Positions 15,857-25,243 of a DNA stretch of 52,066 bases are shown here, one piece after another (position 1 is the stretch's first letter; each line of letters begins with the position of its first letter). Under the pieces are notes generated by a model. It made no database searches and was not told where the DNA came from. It saw nothing but the letters and a program-made list of their open reading frames with translations. The position numbers and the translations under genes were made by a program. Origin of the DNA: a virus (Duplodnaviria > Caudoviricetes); the IMG/VR virus record IMGVR_UViG_3300047408_000188, positions 1-52,066 of that record; one strand, written 5' to 3'.

Positions 15857-16068
15857 TTGTGATCCTCCAGCGTCATCAAGTGGGCGTTGCCGTGGTCACT
15901 GATGAACCAGACGTTCGGCCAATAGCCGGTCTGTTCCATGTGTCCGCGCAGCCGCTTGGCGATGCTGCGGCCCTCGGGAACCGTGACCGCGAGCTTGCCG
16001 GACTGGTAGAAGTGAACGTGGTCCGTGGTCGTGTAGTCGTCTTCCTCGGGTTCGTCGAAACTGTCCAT
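15853..16068 (-). CDS. Hypothetical early protein (YWPNVWFISDHGN)
   Basis: GGGGAGGGG SD. Confidence 0.7.
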   Translation of the reverse strand: MDSFDEPEEDDYTTTDHVHFYQSGKLAVTVPEGRSIAKRLRGHMEQTGYWPNVWFISDHGNAHLMTLEDHK

Positions 16069-16169
16069 AATCCCCTCCCCTGTTGATCGGGCGATACCTA
16101 ACCGCTCTCCGTCAAGCGGCTCTTTCCGCCCCATCTGCCCAGGACAGGCAGACAGGGCAGGGAGGGCCG

Positions 16170-16388
16170 CTAGTCCAGATTCGCAACCTGCTTCAATGCC
16201 CGGAAATGGCTCAAGAGCTGGCCATCCGTCAGTGAGCCGCGCCAATCGGCACCGTGCGGACCAACAGGCCGGAAACCGCCATTCGACAGCCAGTGCACGA
16301 GCGCATCCGCATACTCGGCAACGGCTTCGCGGTCCATCTCTTCGTACATAGCGCTGTCCAGCGCTTCCAATGCTGCAACCGGGTCCAT
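16170..16388 (-). CDS. Hypothetical early protein (MDPxAAL...WLSNGGFRP)
   Basis: Strong SD; motif seen in small phage proteins. Confidence 0.7.
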   Translation of the reverse strand: MDPVAALEALDSAMYEEMDREAVAEYADALVHWLSNGGFRPVGPHGADWRGSLTDGQLLSHFRALKQVANLD

Positions 16389-16477
16389 GACTCCCCCTCC
16401 CCTACGGTGACAGGCCAGACTATCCGGCCCTTGCCGGCGCCCTCGTGCTTGGCACACGAGACCGCCAGGAAGGGCCG

Positions 16478-16720
16478 TTAGGCTTGCACGATGGTCCAAG
16501 TGGCATCGTCCGCCCCTAAGTCGATACCGGACTCGTCGTCCTCACTGCCGTCATCCGTAGCATCAAGCTCCACGAATGCCGTAGAGCCATCCACCGACCG
16601 ATGCACCATCACCCCGCCGAACACGACATACTCAGTCCCCGTGCCAATCACCACGTCGGCATCGCAGCCCAGCTCGTGCTCGGCTTGCTCCAGGCGCTGT
16701 ATCAGGTCGCGGATACGCAT
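16478..16720 (-). CDS. Hypothetical acidic early protein
   Basis: GGGAGG SD; first gene of the leftward arm. Confidence 0.65.
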   Translation of the reverse strand: MRIRDLIQRLEQAEHELGCDADVVIGTGTEYVVFGGVMVHRSVDGSTAFVELDATDDGSEDDESGIDLGADDATWTIVQA

Positions 16721-16847
16721 GGCCAACCCTCCCAACACGTTACGTCACTATGCCCCGACGCCATGTCGAAGCTCTCACCCTAGCCGATGGCGTCAAACGC
16801 CCCAGTTTCTCTCCGCGGGCGGGCGTGTGCGCGCGATCCGCCAGGAC

Positions 16848-17006
16848 TGAGCCAGACCCCCGGGGGTGTCGGGCGGGTCCCATGGGGACTTAACCCCATT
16901 CCGAAAGCAAGCCTGGTTCCATATTGCCTTTACGTCGATCTTAAAATGTAAAGTCGCTTTCCATTTGAACGTCAAATCGGACACCGTGTCCGATTTGAGC
17001 CAGACC
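16848..17006. promoter_or_regulatory. Divergence/packaging control region
   Basis: Direct repeat TGAGCCAGACC (16848, 16996), palindrome ACCCCCGGGGGT (16856-16867), AT-rich core and a 27-bp palindrome at 16972-16998. Confidence 0.55.
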
Positions 17007-17056
17007 GTCCCGTGCTGCCCTTGGCGGAACCATGCTGGGGGGCGTAGGATGCGATC

Positions 17057-17491
17057 ATGATCGAGCCGGCAGTGATACCGCCAGATACGCCGCCAATCGA
17101 ACCACCAGATGAGCCGCGAGCCTTATTTGGGGGGAAACGTCATTCTGGTCTGCATCCGCACCAGGAGAGGGGTCCGGACGGCAAGATACGGGTTAAACCA
17201 TTGTCATACGCGGTGCCGGACGGCGATCCTTGGGAGCCGCCGGTGCTGAGGGCGATGAAGCTGGTCATGAGCCGGTCGGCGGCCGAGGACGAGACGGAGT
17301 ATGAGCGTTCCTGCCGGCGGTGGAAGGGGGAGGACGAGGCCGAGTTTATGATGAAGCTGGGCGAACTCGAGAAGGCGGCGCTGGTGGTGAAGCAGAAGGC
17401 GGACGAGACGGATCAGCAGACGCAGCCGGGGACGGAGGCGGCGGTGGGGTGTGCGAAGGAATGGCTGGCGAGGCACGGGGAGAAGTCATGA
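17057..17491 (+). CDS. Putative terminase small subunit
   Basis: First late gene upstream of TerL; helical, charged. Confidence 0.5.
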   Translation: MIEPAVIPPDTPPIEPPDEPRALFGGKRHSGLHPHQERGPDGKIRVKPLSYAVPDGDPWEPPVLRAMKLVMSRSAAEDETEYERSCRRWKGEDEAEFMMKLGELEKAALVVKQKADETDQQTQPGTEAAVGCAKEWLARHGEKS

Positions 17492-17673
17492 AGGAGAAGG
17501 CGTTACTGGTGCCGCTCAAAGGCAGGCGAGATGCTTTTGAGTACGTGCCGCTGGAGCGGATGACGCAGGAGCGGCTGGAGCGGGCAATACGGGAGGCGGT
17601 CGAAGCGGAACGCAAGAGGCACGCATGTTCGGACACGCCGACTGGCACAAGCAAGTCCCCCGCGACCCGGTGA
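17488..17673 (+). CDS. Hypothetical protein
   Basis: ATGA coupling; GGGGAG SD. Confidence 0.5.
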   Translation: MKEKALLVPLKGRRDAFEYVPLERMTQERLERAIREAVEAERKRHACSDTPTGTSKSPATR

Positions 17674-19454
17674 AGAACGTCCGCTTCCGGCTCCAGCTTT
17701 ACGAGGACGCCCGCGACAATCGGGAGTTACAGTGCGGCATCCGCGAGTTCTGCCGGCAGGACATTCTCTTCTACACGAACGCTTTCATCTGGCAGATCAA
17801 CCCCCGGAAGGTGGAACAGGAGCTTGGGCCCTTTATCACGTGGGGCTTTCAGGAAGACGCCATTCTGCGGACCTTGCACCGGCTTTACGACGAGCGCCGG
17901 GACGCCTTGTGGGAGAAGTCGCGGGAGATGGGCGCGACGTGGATGGCGCTCATCATCAAGGACTGGCTGTGTCGGTTTCACGACTGGAAGAAGGCTCTGG
18001 CGATCAGTCACACGGCGGACGCGGTGGATCGGCCGGGCGATCCTGACAGTCTTTTCTGGAAAGTGAGCTTCATCAATGAGCGATTACCCGACTGGCTTAG
18101 CAAGGGCTTTCGGCATCGCAAGCTTAGCTTCTCTTATGATGCTACGCGCAGCGCTTTCCAGGGAGCCGCTACTACTGAGCGTGCTGGAGTTGGTGGCCGC
18201 GCTACTTCTCTTCTTCTTGATGAGTTCTCTAAACAGGGAGCTGATCGAGAAATCTACGGTCAGACCAAGGACACCGGCCCCCGGCTCATCATCGGCACGC
18301 ACTACGGCATCGAGGGGCAGTTCTACGACCTGACCCGCCGGGAGGATATGTTCAAGATCCAGCTGCACTGGACGCAGCATCCCGACAAGAAGATAGGCTT
18401 ATACCGCTCAGGAGTGGGCAAGCATGGCTACGAGATCATCGACACCGCCTATCAGTTTCCAGATGATTACCAATTTGTCCGAGACGGAAGCCCACTTGGC
18501 GGACCTTATCCGGGCTTACGATCCCCCTGGTACGACCTGGAGTGTATCGACCGTGCTGACTCCCGACAGGTGGCAATGCACCTGGACATCAATCCCCAAG
18601 GGAGCAAGTCTCAGGCTTTCGATCCAGCTTACATCCGAATGCTCATTGAACGAGACGGCCGCGAGCCCTACTGGCAAGGCGACATAATCTACGACCAGGA
18701 CACCGCCCAGCCAATCGCGCTCTTGCCGAGACCCAAGGGCTTTCTGCTCCTCTGGATGATCTTTGATCGGAACGAACGCCCGCCGCAGACGCAGTACGTG
18801 GCGGGTGCGGACATCGCCAAGGGCACGGGGGCCACGCCTTCCTGTTTTACCATCGTGGACGTAAGCACCGGCGAGAAGGTCTTGGAATACGCCAACCCCT
18901 TCATCAAACCCGAGGAGTTCGCACATCTTGCCGTGGCGCTCTGCCGACTCTTCAAGAACGAGTACGGCGAGGGGGCCTTGTTTGCATGGGAGATGCAGGG
19001 GCCTGGGCTGGAGTTCGGCCAGAAGGTGGTCGAACTGGGCTACCGGAACATCCACTGCCGGACCAACGAGTTCCAGATGGGCGCCGTGCAGTCGGACACG
19101 CCGGGCTGGTATCCTTCGCCCAAGAATATGACGCTCCTGATTGACGAGTACCGGACGGCGCTGCACAAGGGCCAGTTCACCAACCACTCGATCCCGGCGC
19201 TGGAGCAGACGCTGGAGTTCATCGTGTTGCCTTCTGGTGCCACAGAGCACGGCGGCGTGCGGTCCACAAACGATCCCACGGGCGCCCGCGAGAATCACGG
19301 CGATAGGGTGATTGCCGATGGGCTGGCTTGGAAGATGGCCAAGACGTTTGGTACAGTGTCAGCGAAGAAGAAAGAGGCGGAGGAGTTGTCGGTGAACAGT
19401 CTCGGCTGGCGGCGCAAGATGGCCGAGATGACGGAGAAGCGGAGGGAGTGGTAG
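17625..19454 (+). CDS. terL: Terminase large subunit
   Basis: Walker A-like EKSREMGATW, GGRATSLLLDEF Walker B, RNase H-like AGADIAKG and HGDRVIADGLA. Confidence 0.92.
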   Translation: MFGHADWHKQVPRDPVKNVRFRLQLYEDARDNRELQCGIREFCRQDILFYTNAFIWQINPRKVEQELGPFITWGFQEDAILRTLHRLYDERRDALWEKSREMGATWMALIIKDWLCRFHDWKKALAISHTADAVDRPGDPDSLFWKVSFINERLPDWLSKGFRHRKLSFSYDATRSAFQGAATTERAGVGGRATSLLLDEFSKQGADREIYGQTKDTGPRLIIGTHYGIEGQFYDLTRREDMFKIQLHWTQHPDKKIGLYRSGVGKHGYEIIDTAYQFPDDYQFVRDGSPLGGPYPGLRSPWYDLECIDRADSRQVAMHLDINPQGSKSQAFDPAYIRMLIERDGREPYWQGDIIYDQDTAQPIALLPRPKGFLLLWMIFDRNERPPQTQYVAGADIAKGTGATPSCFTIVDVSTGEKVLEYANPFIKPEEFAHLAVALCRLFKNEYGEGALFAWEMQGPGLEFGQKVVELGYRNIHCRTNEFQMGAVQSDTPGWYPSPKNMTLLIDEYRTALHKGQFTNHSIPALEQTLEFIVLPSGATEHGGVRSTNDPTGARENHGDRVIADGLAWKMAKTFGTVSAKKKEAEELSVNSLGWRRKMAEMTEKRREW

Positions 19455-19712
19455 ATGTCAGCGGAACCGATCAAGGACCAGCGCATCCGCGTCTTGGTGG
19501 ACCTGAACACTGACGGCAGTGTTTCCGTTCACAATTACGATTGGGTTCAGCAGTGGTGCTTGTTGCACCACAAGGGCCTTGACATCACCTTGACGGACTT
19601 CTCCGAGCAGGCTGCCTTCCCGTACTGGAAGACCGAGACTTTGAATTACTCGGCGGATGAGCCGGTGACTGTTGAGCAACCCCCGCGGGAACCCGAGTCC
19701 AAAGGAGCGTGA
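19455..19712 (+). CDS. Hypothetical protein
   Basis: Abuts the terL stop; GGAGGGAG SD. Confidence 0.65.
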   Translation: MSAEPIKDQRIRVLVDLNTDGSVSVHNYDWVQQWCLLHHKGLDITLTDFSEQAAFPYWKTETLNYSADEPVTVEQPPREPESKGA

Positions 19713-19718
19713 CAAGGC

Positions 19719-19906
19719 CGCTCACGGGCCGCGGATGCGAAGCCGCAAGGCTGTAAGTAACCGACTCGCCCGAGGCACCGGGAAACCGGAGATGGCGGTA
19801 CGGCAGAGCGGTTATTGAGCGACACCTGCCAAGGGCAAAGTGGTGTGACCATTGCGGGCTACTGGGAGAGGCCAGGCCCGCTCCTTGATTCCCGTGGAGC
19901 CGGGAA
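19719..19906 (+). ncRNA. Highly structured intergenic RNA upstream of portal
   Basis: Multibranch fold closed by CGCTCA/TGAGCG, with GCAA and GAAA tetraloop stems, followed by three more hairpins. Confidence 0.55.
19889..19906 (+). promoter_or_regulatory. TTCCCG-TGGAGC-CGGGAA hairpin, copy 1 (portal leader)
   Basis: Identical 18-mer at 28578-28595. Confidence 0.8.
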
Positions 19907-19913
19907 GGGCCGT

Positions 19914-21746
19914 TTGGCCAAGAAACATGCCTATGACGACTGGCCCCGGCTGTGCCAGGCCATCAAGCGCTCTCGGCTGATGATGCGGCGTTTCCGCGAG
20001 GAGCGCCGGGAGATGGTCCGTCAGTACGTGGGCAATCACTGGTCGGAAGAGGGCACGCCCGAACGAGTGCCCCTGAACCTCCTCAGCCTGTACGTCTCCG
20101 TGGTCGGTCGGAACCTGATCGCCAAGAACCCGCGGGTGATGCTCAGTACCTTCGAGCGCAAGCAGAAGGCGACCGTCGCCGCCATGATGGACTGGTGCAA
20201 CCGTGAAATCGAGCGAATGCGACTGGCTGAAACACTGCAACGTATTGTTCTCGATGGCCTTTTTTCTATCGGTATCGCCAAAGTTGCACTGGCTTCCCCT
20301 TCGGATAGCGCAGCATTCGCTTGGAATCTCCGTGCGGGTGAGCCCTTTATCAAGCGCGTGGACCTGGACGATTTCGTGTATGACGTTCACTCCCGCGCCT
20401 TTGAAGAATGGGGTTACGTCGGCCATCGTTACCGCGTTCCCCTGGCCGTCGTGAAGGAAGACAAGCACTTCTCCCGCGGTCGCAAGGACCTCACCGCCTC
20501 CAACGACCAGCTCTACAACGCCGAGGGCGACGAGCGCATCTCCGTGCTGGGCCGGGGCGTCTATGCTTCGTACACCGAGGAATACGAAGACTATGTAGAC
20601 CTGTGGGAAATCTACCTTCCCCGTCACCGTCTGGTGGTCACGCTGGCCGACTCCGATCTTGGCGGGCCGGCGGAAGTCATGCACAACGGCTCCCAGCCTG
20701 AACCCTTGCGGGTGCAAGGCTGGCTCGGGCCCGACTCCGGCCCGTACAAGACGCTGGGCTACGGCGTCGTCCCTGGCAATGCCATGCCCAAGGGACCGAT
20801 TCAAGACTTGATGGACAATCACGAAGCTTGCAACAACATCATGCGCAAACTGGTGGCTGCCAGCATGCGCATCAAGGAATTGCTCCTGGTAGCCGGCGGG
20901 GCGATGGAAGACGGCTCACGGGTGCAGACGGCCAACGACGGGGAAATCCTCCGGGTGGACAATCCAGAGCGGATGGCTCAGGTTGTCATGGGCGGCAACG
21001 CGGTGCAGCAACTCGAACAAGTGACGACGTTCCTGCGCGACCTGTTCTCTTGGCAGGCCGGCAACCTCGACATCATGGGCGGCCTCTCTCCGCAGTCGAA
21101 GACAGCCCATCAGGACGCGATGCTCAACGAGAACTCCAGCCGGCAGATGGCGGACATGCAGGACCGCACCGTGACGTTCACTTCGGATGTCATCAAGAGC
21201 TGGCTCTGGTACGAATGGAACCATCCGCACAAGGTTCACACGGGCGAGTATTCGCCGCAGGGCAGCCCCGATGTGGCCGTGAAGCGGGAGATTCATCCTG
21301 CGGGTGCCAGAGCGCCCTTGAGGCGGGAGGGGCGCTTCGAGGACCTCGGCATCCGCGTTGACCCCTACTCGCTCCAGCACAACACGCCGCAGACGCGCCT
21401 GGCCTCCATGATGCAGCTTCTGACCCAGCTTTACTTGCCGATGGCTCCGATTGCCCAGCAGCAGGGCGTGGGCCTGGACCTCAATGCGTGCTTCAAGAAG
21501 TTCGGCGAGTACATGGACCAGCCGGACCTGGACGAAATCCTCACGGTGCAGGAGCCGCCGCAAGACCCCGGCGGCGGCGCGACGGAGCAACCGGGGATGC
21601 CGCAGAACACCACGCGGAACTATGTGCGGGAGAACCGGCCGGGTAGAACGAGACAGGGCAACGACCTTAACATGATGAGTGCCCTGGCGGGCGTGAATCC
21701 GGGTGGGGCACCGAAGAACGGCAAACCCCAAGGGCTGGCACAATGA
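19914..21746 (+). CDS. Portal protein (podovirus/P22-like size); TTG start uncertain
   Basis: ~610 aa after TerL; NLLSLYVSV...NPRVML, QSKTAHQDAML and Q/P-rich C-terminus. Confidence 0.85.
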   Translation: MAKKHAYDDWPRLCQAIKRSRLMMRRFREERREMVRQYVGNHWSEEGTPERVPLNLLSLYVSVVGRNLIAKNPRVMLSTFERKQKATVAAMMDWCNREIERMRLAETLQRIVLDGLFSIGIAKVALASPSDSAAFAWNLRAGEPFIKRVDLDDFVYDVHSRAFEEWGYVGHRYRVPLAVVKEDKHFSRGRKDLTASNDQLYNAEGDERISVLGRGVYASYTEEYEDYVDLWEIYLPRHRLVVTLADSDLGGPAEVMHNGSQPEPLRVQGWLGPDSGPYKTLGYGVVPGNAMPKGPIQDLMDNHEACNNIMRKLVAASMRIKELLLVAGGAMEDGSRVQTANDGEILRVDNPERMAQVVMGGNAVQQLEQVTTFLRDLFSWQAGNLDIMGGLSPQSKTAHQDAMLNENSSRQMADMQDRTVTFTSDVIKSWLWYEWNHPHKVHTGEYSPQGSPDVAVKREIHPAGARAPLRREGRFEDLGIRVDPYSLQHNTPQTRLASMMQLLTQLYLPMAPIAQQQGVGLDLNACFKKFGEYMDQPDLDEILTVQEPPQDPGGGATEQPGMPQNTTRNYVRENRPGRTRQGNDLNMMSALAGVNPGGAPKNGKPQGLAQ

Positions 21747-21955
21747 ACTCCTCTCGCAAGCACCAGCAATTCGACGCGGCCGGTATGTGTTTGTGCGGCT
21801 GCGGCCTGACGCGGCTTGAGGACACGATGCGCCGTTACAGGCTCACAGCGTTCATCAACAATCATGTCCCCGACGACGGCACCAAGGTAGACACAACCGG
21901 CAACGACGGGGACATGATTAGCTTGGACAACCAGCCTTACGAGAACAACCGATGA
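21743..21955 (+). CDS. Hypothetical protein (CLCGCG)
   Basis: ATGA coupling on both sides. Confidence 0.55.
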   Translation: MNSSRKHQQFDAAGMCLCGCGLTRLEDTMRRYRLTAFINNHVPDDGTKVDTTGNDGDMISLDNQPYENNR

Positions 21956-22299
21956 AGCGCTGCAAGACCTGTCACTTCCTTCCGTGCCGCTGTGAGGACC
22001 TCGCCGCCGCGTACACCCTGCCCTCCTGCCTGCCCTCCTGCTGGCCGATGAAGTCGGAGGCTCTGGCCGTCCATCCCAAGCAGATCGGCGCCGCCGTCGA
22101 GGACGCCCGGAAGAAGGGCGTGTCGGTGGACTTCACCAAGGACGGCCGCGTGATCTTCCGCGACAGGAACCACCGGGCCGAGTATCTCAGGGCTTACGGC
22201 TACTTCGACCGGGACGCGGGCTATGGCGATCCGTCGCCGGGCAGTTTCCGAGGGGACCGGCCTGACGAGCGGAAGCCGGACTATTACGACGGGGAGTGA
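21952..22299 (+). CDS. Hypothetical post-portal protein
   Basis: Cys-rich N-terminus; natural codon usage. Confidence 0.7.
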   Translation: MKRCKTCHFLPCRCEDLAAAYTLPSCLPSCWPMKSEALAVHPKQIGAAVEDARKKGVSVDFTKDGRVIFRDRNHRAEYLRAYGYFDRDAGYGDPSPGSFRGDRPDERKPDYYDGE

Positions 22300-22303
22300 G
22301 TGA

Positions 22304-22753
22304 ATGAATCCATTGTCGCAGTGGCTCGTGTTGTGTTTGATGCTGGTTCTGGTCATCTCGAACATCGCCAATCAGGCCGCGAACTCGACCCTGACGGCGA
22401 TTGCGGCTGCCGTGACCGCCGTGGCGATTACCGGCGGCATGGTCTGCCAGATCATCTTGCAAGTCATGGCACGGGTTGAGGCCAAGAAGGTCTCCGACAA
22501 GCAGGCCAAGGAAGTGAAGGAAGTGAAGAACGCTCTGGCCGAGTCGGATTCGGTGGTCGGGTTGAAACTGGACACGATCCACAAGTTGGTCAACAAGGAC
22601 ATGCACGTTGCGCTGGCCACGATTGCCCGGCTGGAACGGCGTGAGGCTGACCGGACGGGAAAGAACGAGGACATTGCCAAGGCTGTCAATGCCGAGGCGA
22701 TGTTGGCAAGGCACGACGCCAACCAAGTAGAAGCTGACAAGGGGAAACCATGA
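22304..22753 (+). CDS. Membrane protein (2 TM + coiled coil), holin/spanin-like
   Basis: Two hydrophobic N-terminal segments. Confidence 0.6.
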   Translation: MNPLSQWLVLCLMLVLVISNIANQAANSTLTAIAAAVTAVAITGGMVCQIILQVMARVEAKKVSDKQAKEVKEVKNALAESDSVVGLKLDTIHKLVNKDMHVALATIARLERREADRTGKNEDIAKAVNAEAMLARHDANQVEADKGKP

Positions 22754-22917
22754 GCGCTGGCAACTGGTTCTGGATCATCTATATCATCATCGGCCTCCTC
22801 GGAGCCGGCTGGGGATTCACCAATGCCCCGGATCGGCGTTACATCGGCGGCGGTTTTGTTGTCTATGTGCTCATCGGTCTGTTAGGTTGGGGAGTGTTCG
22901 GCCCGCCGCTCAAGTGA
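22750..22917 (+). CDS. 55-aa 2-TM holin-like protein (not in the ORF track)
   Basis: MSAGNWFWIIYIIIGLLGAGWGFTNAPDRRYIGGGFVVYVLIGLLGWGVFGPPLK. Confidence 0.7.
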   Translation: MSAGNWFWIIYIIIGLLGAGWGFTNAPDRRYIGGGFVVYVLIGLLGWGVFGPPLK

Positions 22918-22923
22918 GGCCCC

Positions 22924-23586
22924 ATGCACCGTTTCCTCTCCGCGGTCCTGCTCCTTGTCGCTTCTCTGCCCGCCCTAGCCGATGTCGTTGCCAAGCCCGG
23001 CGAGTTAGTTGTCATCGAAGCCCCGGTCAAGGGCGACGTGGCCTGGCTGTACGACGCTCGCGACTTCGACGCCAAGCACTCCTTCACCGTCAACGGCAAA
23101 CTGATCCTCACGACCGCCAAGCCGGGCGTGTACTCAGTCTCCTACGTGGCCTGGGACGAGAAGAAGATTGGCCAGATTCTGGTCACGTTCAGCGGGACGC
23201 CGGTTCCGCCCGTTCCGCCTGATCCGCCGCCTGATCCACCACCGCCCGTCGATGCGCTGACCGCCTCGCTCCAAGCCGCCTGGAAGACCGAGACTCAACG
23301 TGACCCCCAAGCCTCAGCGTTCATCGCTGCTGCTTGTCGGCAGGCCGCTCAGGTCACGGTTCCGGCGGTGACGACCTGGGACCAATTACTGGCGACGTTG
23401 AGCAAGGTGATTACCGACAAGATCGGGCCCGCAACCACAACCCTGCCCAATGTTCGGCAGGCGATCCGCGTGTACTTGAACTCCGTGTTCCCCAAAGCGC
23501 CGGGAACGCCAATGGACGCTGCCGGCCGCGTACTCGCCGTGGAACACCTGAACAAACTTGCCGCCGCCCTGGAGACGCTCAAGTGA
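22924..23586 (+). CDS. Exported protein: signal peptide, beta domain, Pro linker, helical domain
   Basis: MHRFLSAVLLLVASLPALA signal peptide; PPDPPPDPPPP linker. Confidence 0.75.
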   Translation: MHRFLSAVLLLVASLPALADVVAKPGELVVIEAPVKGDVAWLYDARDFDAKHSFTVNGKLILTTAKPGVYSVSYVAWDEKKIGQILVTFSGTPVPPVPPDPPPDPPPPVDALTASLQAAWKTETQRDPQASAFIAAACRQAAQVTVPAVTTWDQLLATLSKVITDKIGPATTTLPNVRQAIRVYLNSVFPKAPGTPMDAAGRVLAVEHLNKLAAALETLK

Positions 23587-24551
23587 AGAAGAAAACACCG
23601 CTCCTGGGATTCATCGAACTGGAGAAGCGGACCCCCCGACAACTCGACGCCCACATGCGGGCGCTGGCCACGATGCGACCGCTCGCACAACAGGCCCTGC
23701 CGGTCCCCGAGCTGGCCAAAGGGGAGCGGGTCTGCCTCTACGATAGCTGGAGCAACCCGGCCGTGGCTTCCGACGTGGGCTTTGTCTTCCCGAGGTTCCA
23801 CCAACTTACAGGTTCGTGCGTCGGCGCGGGTGGAGGGCAAGCGCTATTCACACTGATTGCCGTCCAGCGACTGCTCGCCGTTAATCCAACGAAAGCGTTC
23901 ATTCCCTTCTGGCCATTCGATTACGGACGTTGCCGGTACAATGAAGGAGACCGAGGCCAGGGCGAGGGAGCGATGGGCAGTTCCTTCGCGGAAACCATCG
24001 TCAGAGAAGGCGTCATCAGTGCGAGCGAGCCAGGTCTTCCGGTCTTCAAGAACCAAGACGGGTTGGTGCTGACGAATGCCCTGGAGATGGCCTGGAGCGA
24101 CGGGGCGTCCTCGACAGTAACGAAGTACATGGACGCGGCCCGCATCCATCTAGTCGGCGCGGCGGCAACGTGCAAGACTCCTCAGGACATCAAGGCGGGA
24201 ATCCTCAATGGCTACCCATCAAGCTTCGCGTGCAACAACTACATCGGCAAGGCTTCCATCGTGGGCAGCGGAAGCGATGCTTGCCTCGTGGGCCGCTGGG
24301 ATGGTAGTGGCGGGCATCAGCAATCAATACACGCTTTCTGGGAGCATCCAAACCTTGGACCGCTCTACTTTGCGCTAAACAACTGGGCCGGCAACACGTA
24401 CACCAAAGACCCGGCGGGCGGGCCGATCTGCGGCTGCTGGGTCAAGGAAGCCGACGTGACGGCGGCGATGCGGCTCAGCAGTGAAGTCTTTGCGTACTCT
24501 AACCTGAACTGGTTCCCAGCCCAGCCTGCCGTGCTGGACTGGATTCTTTAA
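23583..24551 (+). CDS. Papain-like (clan CA/C1-type) cysteine peptidase
   Basis: QLTGSCVG (oxyanion Gln and catalytic Cys), GGHQQ (His), LNNW (Asn); GTGA coupling. Confidence 0.8.
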   Translation: MKKKTPLLGFIELEKRTPRQLDAHMRALATMRPLAQQALPVPELAKGERVCLYDSWSNPAVASDVGFVFPRFHQLTGSCVGAGGGQALFTLIAVQRLLAVNPTKAFIPFWPFDYGRCRYNEGDRGQGEGAMGSSFAETIVREGVISASEPGLPVFKNQDGLVLTNALEMAWSDGASSTVTKYMDAARIHLVGAAATCKTPQDIKAGILNGYPSSFACNNYIGKASIVGSGSDACLVGRWDGSGGHQQSIHAFWEHPNLGPLYFALNNWAGNTYTKDPAGGPICGCWVKEADVTAAMRLSSEVFAYSNLNWFPAQPAVLDWIL

Positions 24552-24560
24552 GGAGCAACG

Positions 24561-24881
24561 ATGTCGCGCACGTCCATTCTCAACGAAAAGGCTGCACAGG
24601 TGGGCGAGCATCTGACGAGCGCCCAGTACAGTTTCGATCCCGCCTCGATCATCGCCATCATCACGGCGATCATGCAACTGTTCGCCGGCTGCAAGCAATC
24701 GCCGGCACAGGTGGCCAGGCGCGCCAAGAGTCCTCGCTTCCTCGATCGGGTTCGGCTGCGGGGCCTGCTCCGCAAGGAAGCCGCGTCCGCCGATCACGAA
24801 GCGCTGGAGGCGGCACTGCTCGACGCCGGGCAGGACTTGAAGCCGGCCGAAGTCAAAGCCATGTACGAAGAAATCGCCTAA
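24561..24881 (+). CDS. Hypothetical membrane-associated protein
   Basis: FDPASIIAIITAIMQLFAGC amphipathic/hydrophobic segment. Confidence 0.7.
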   Translation: MSRTSILNEKAAQVGEHLTSAQYSFDPASIIAIITAIMQLFAGCKQSPAQVARRAKSPRFLDRVRLRGLLRKEAASADHEALEAALLDAGQDLKPAEVKAMYEEIA

Positions 24882-24894
24882 CGGGAGGTTTGCC

Positions 24895-25233
24895 ATGTCG
24901 CATCTTGCAGGTCTCTACGCCTATCCGCCCGATGCCGTGAAGGCGTCCAAAGTCGTGCTGTCCTACCTGACGGGCGGGCTAGTCGATGGAACGCCCGTGG
25001 ACAACCTGGACGCGCTCAAGGCTGCCTGGGCAGTCCAGGGTTATGCCATGTCGTTCATCCCCGACCCAGCCGGGGCGAACCTTCAACTGGCGGCGGCGCC
25101 GATGACTCAGGACAGGATGGTCGAGTATCTCCGCGAACTGTCCACCCACCACGCCAAGGCGGGCTTTAGCCTGCCCTGGAACCAGCTGCTGGCCCTGGCG
25201 CTCCAGATCATCACGAACATCCTGAACAAGTAA
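24895..25233 (+). CDS. Hypothetical protein with C-terminal amphipathic helix
   Basis: LPWNQLLALALQIITNILNK; GGGAGG SD. Confidence 0.7.
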   Translation: MSHLAGLYAYPPDAVKASKVVLSYLTGGLVDGTPVDNLDALKAAWAVQGYAMSFIPDPAGANLQLAAAPMTQDRMVEYLRELSTHHAKAGFSLPWNQLLALALQIITNILNK

Positions 25234-25243
25234 GGAGTCCACC

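Noticed and set aside
19815-19913. Portal N-terminal extension from 19815
   Set aside because: It overlaps stacked hairpins and has no SD. A start near TTG 19914 is more plausible.
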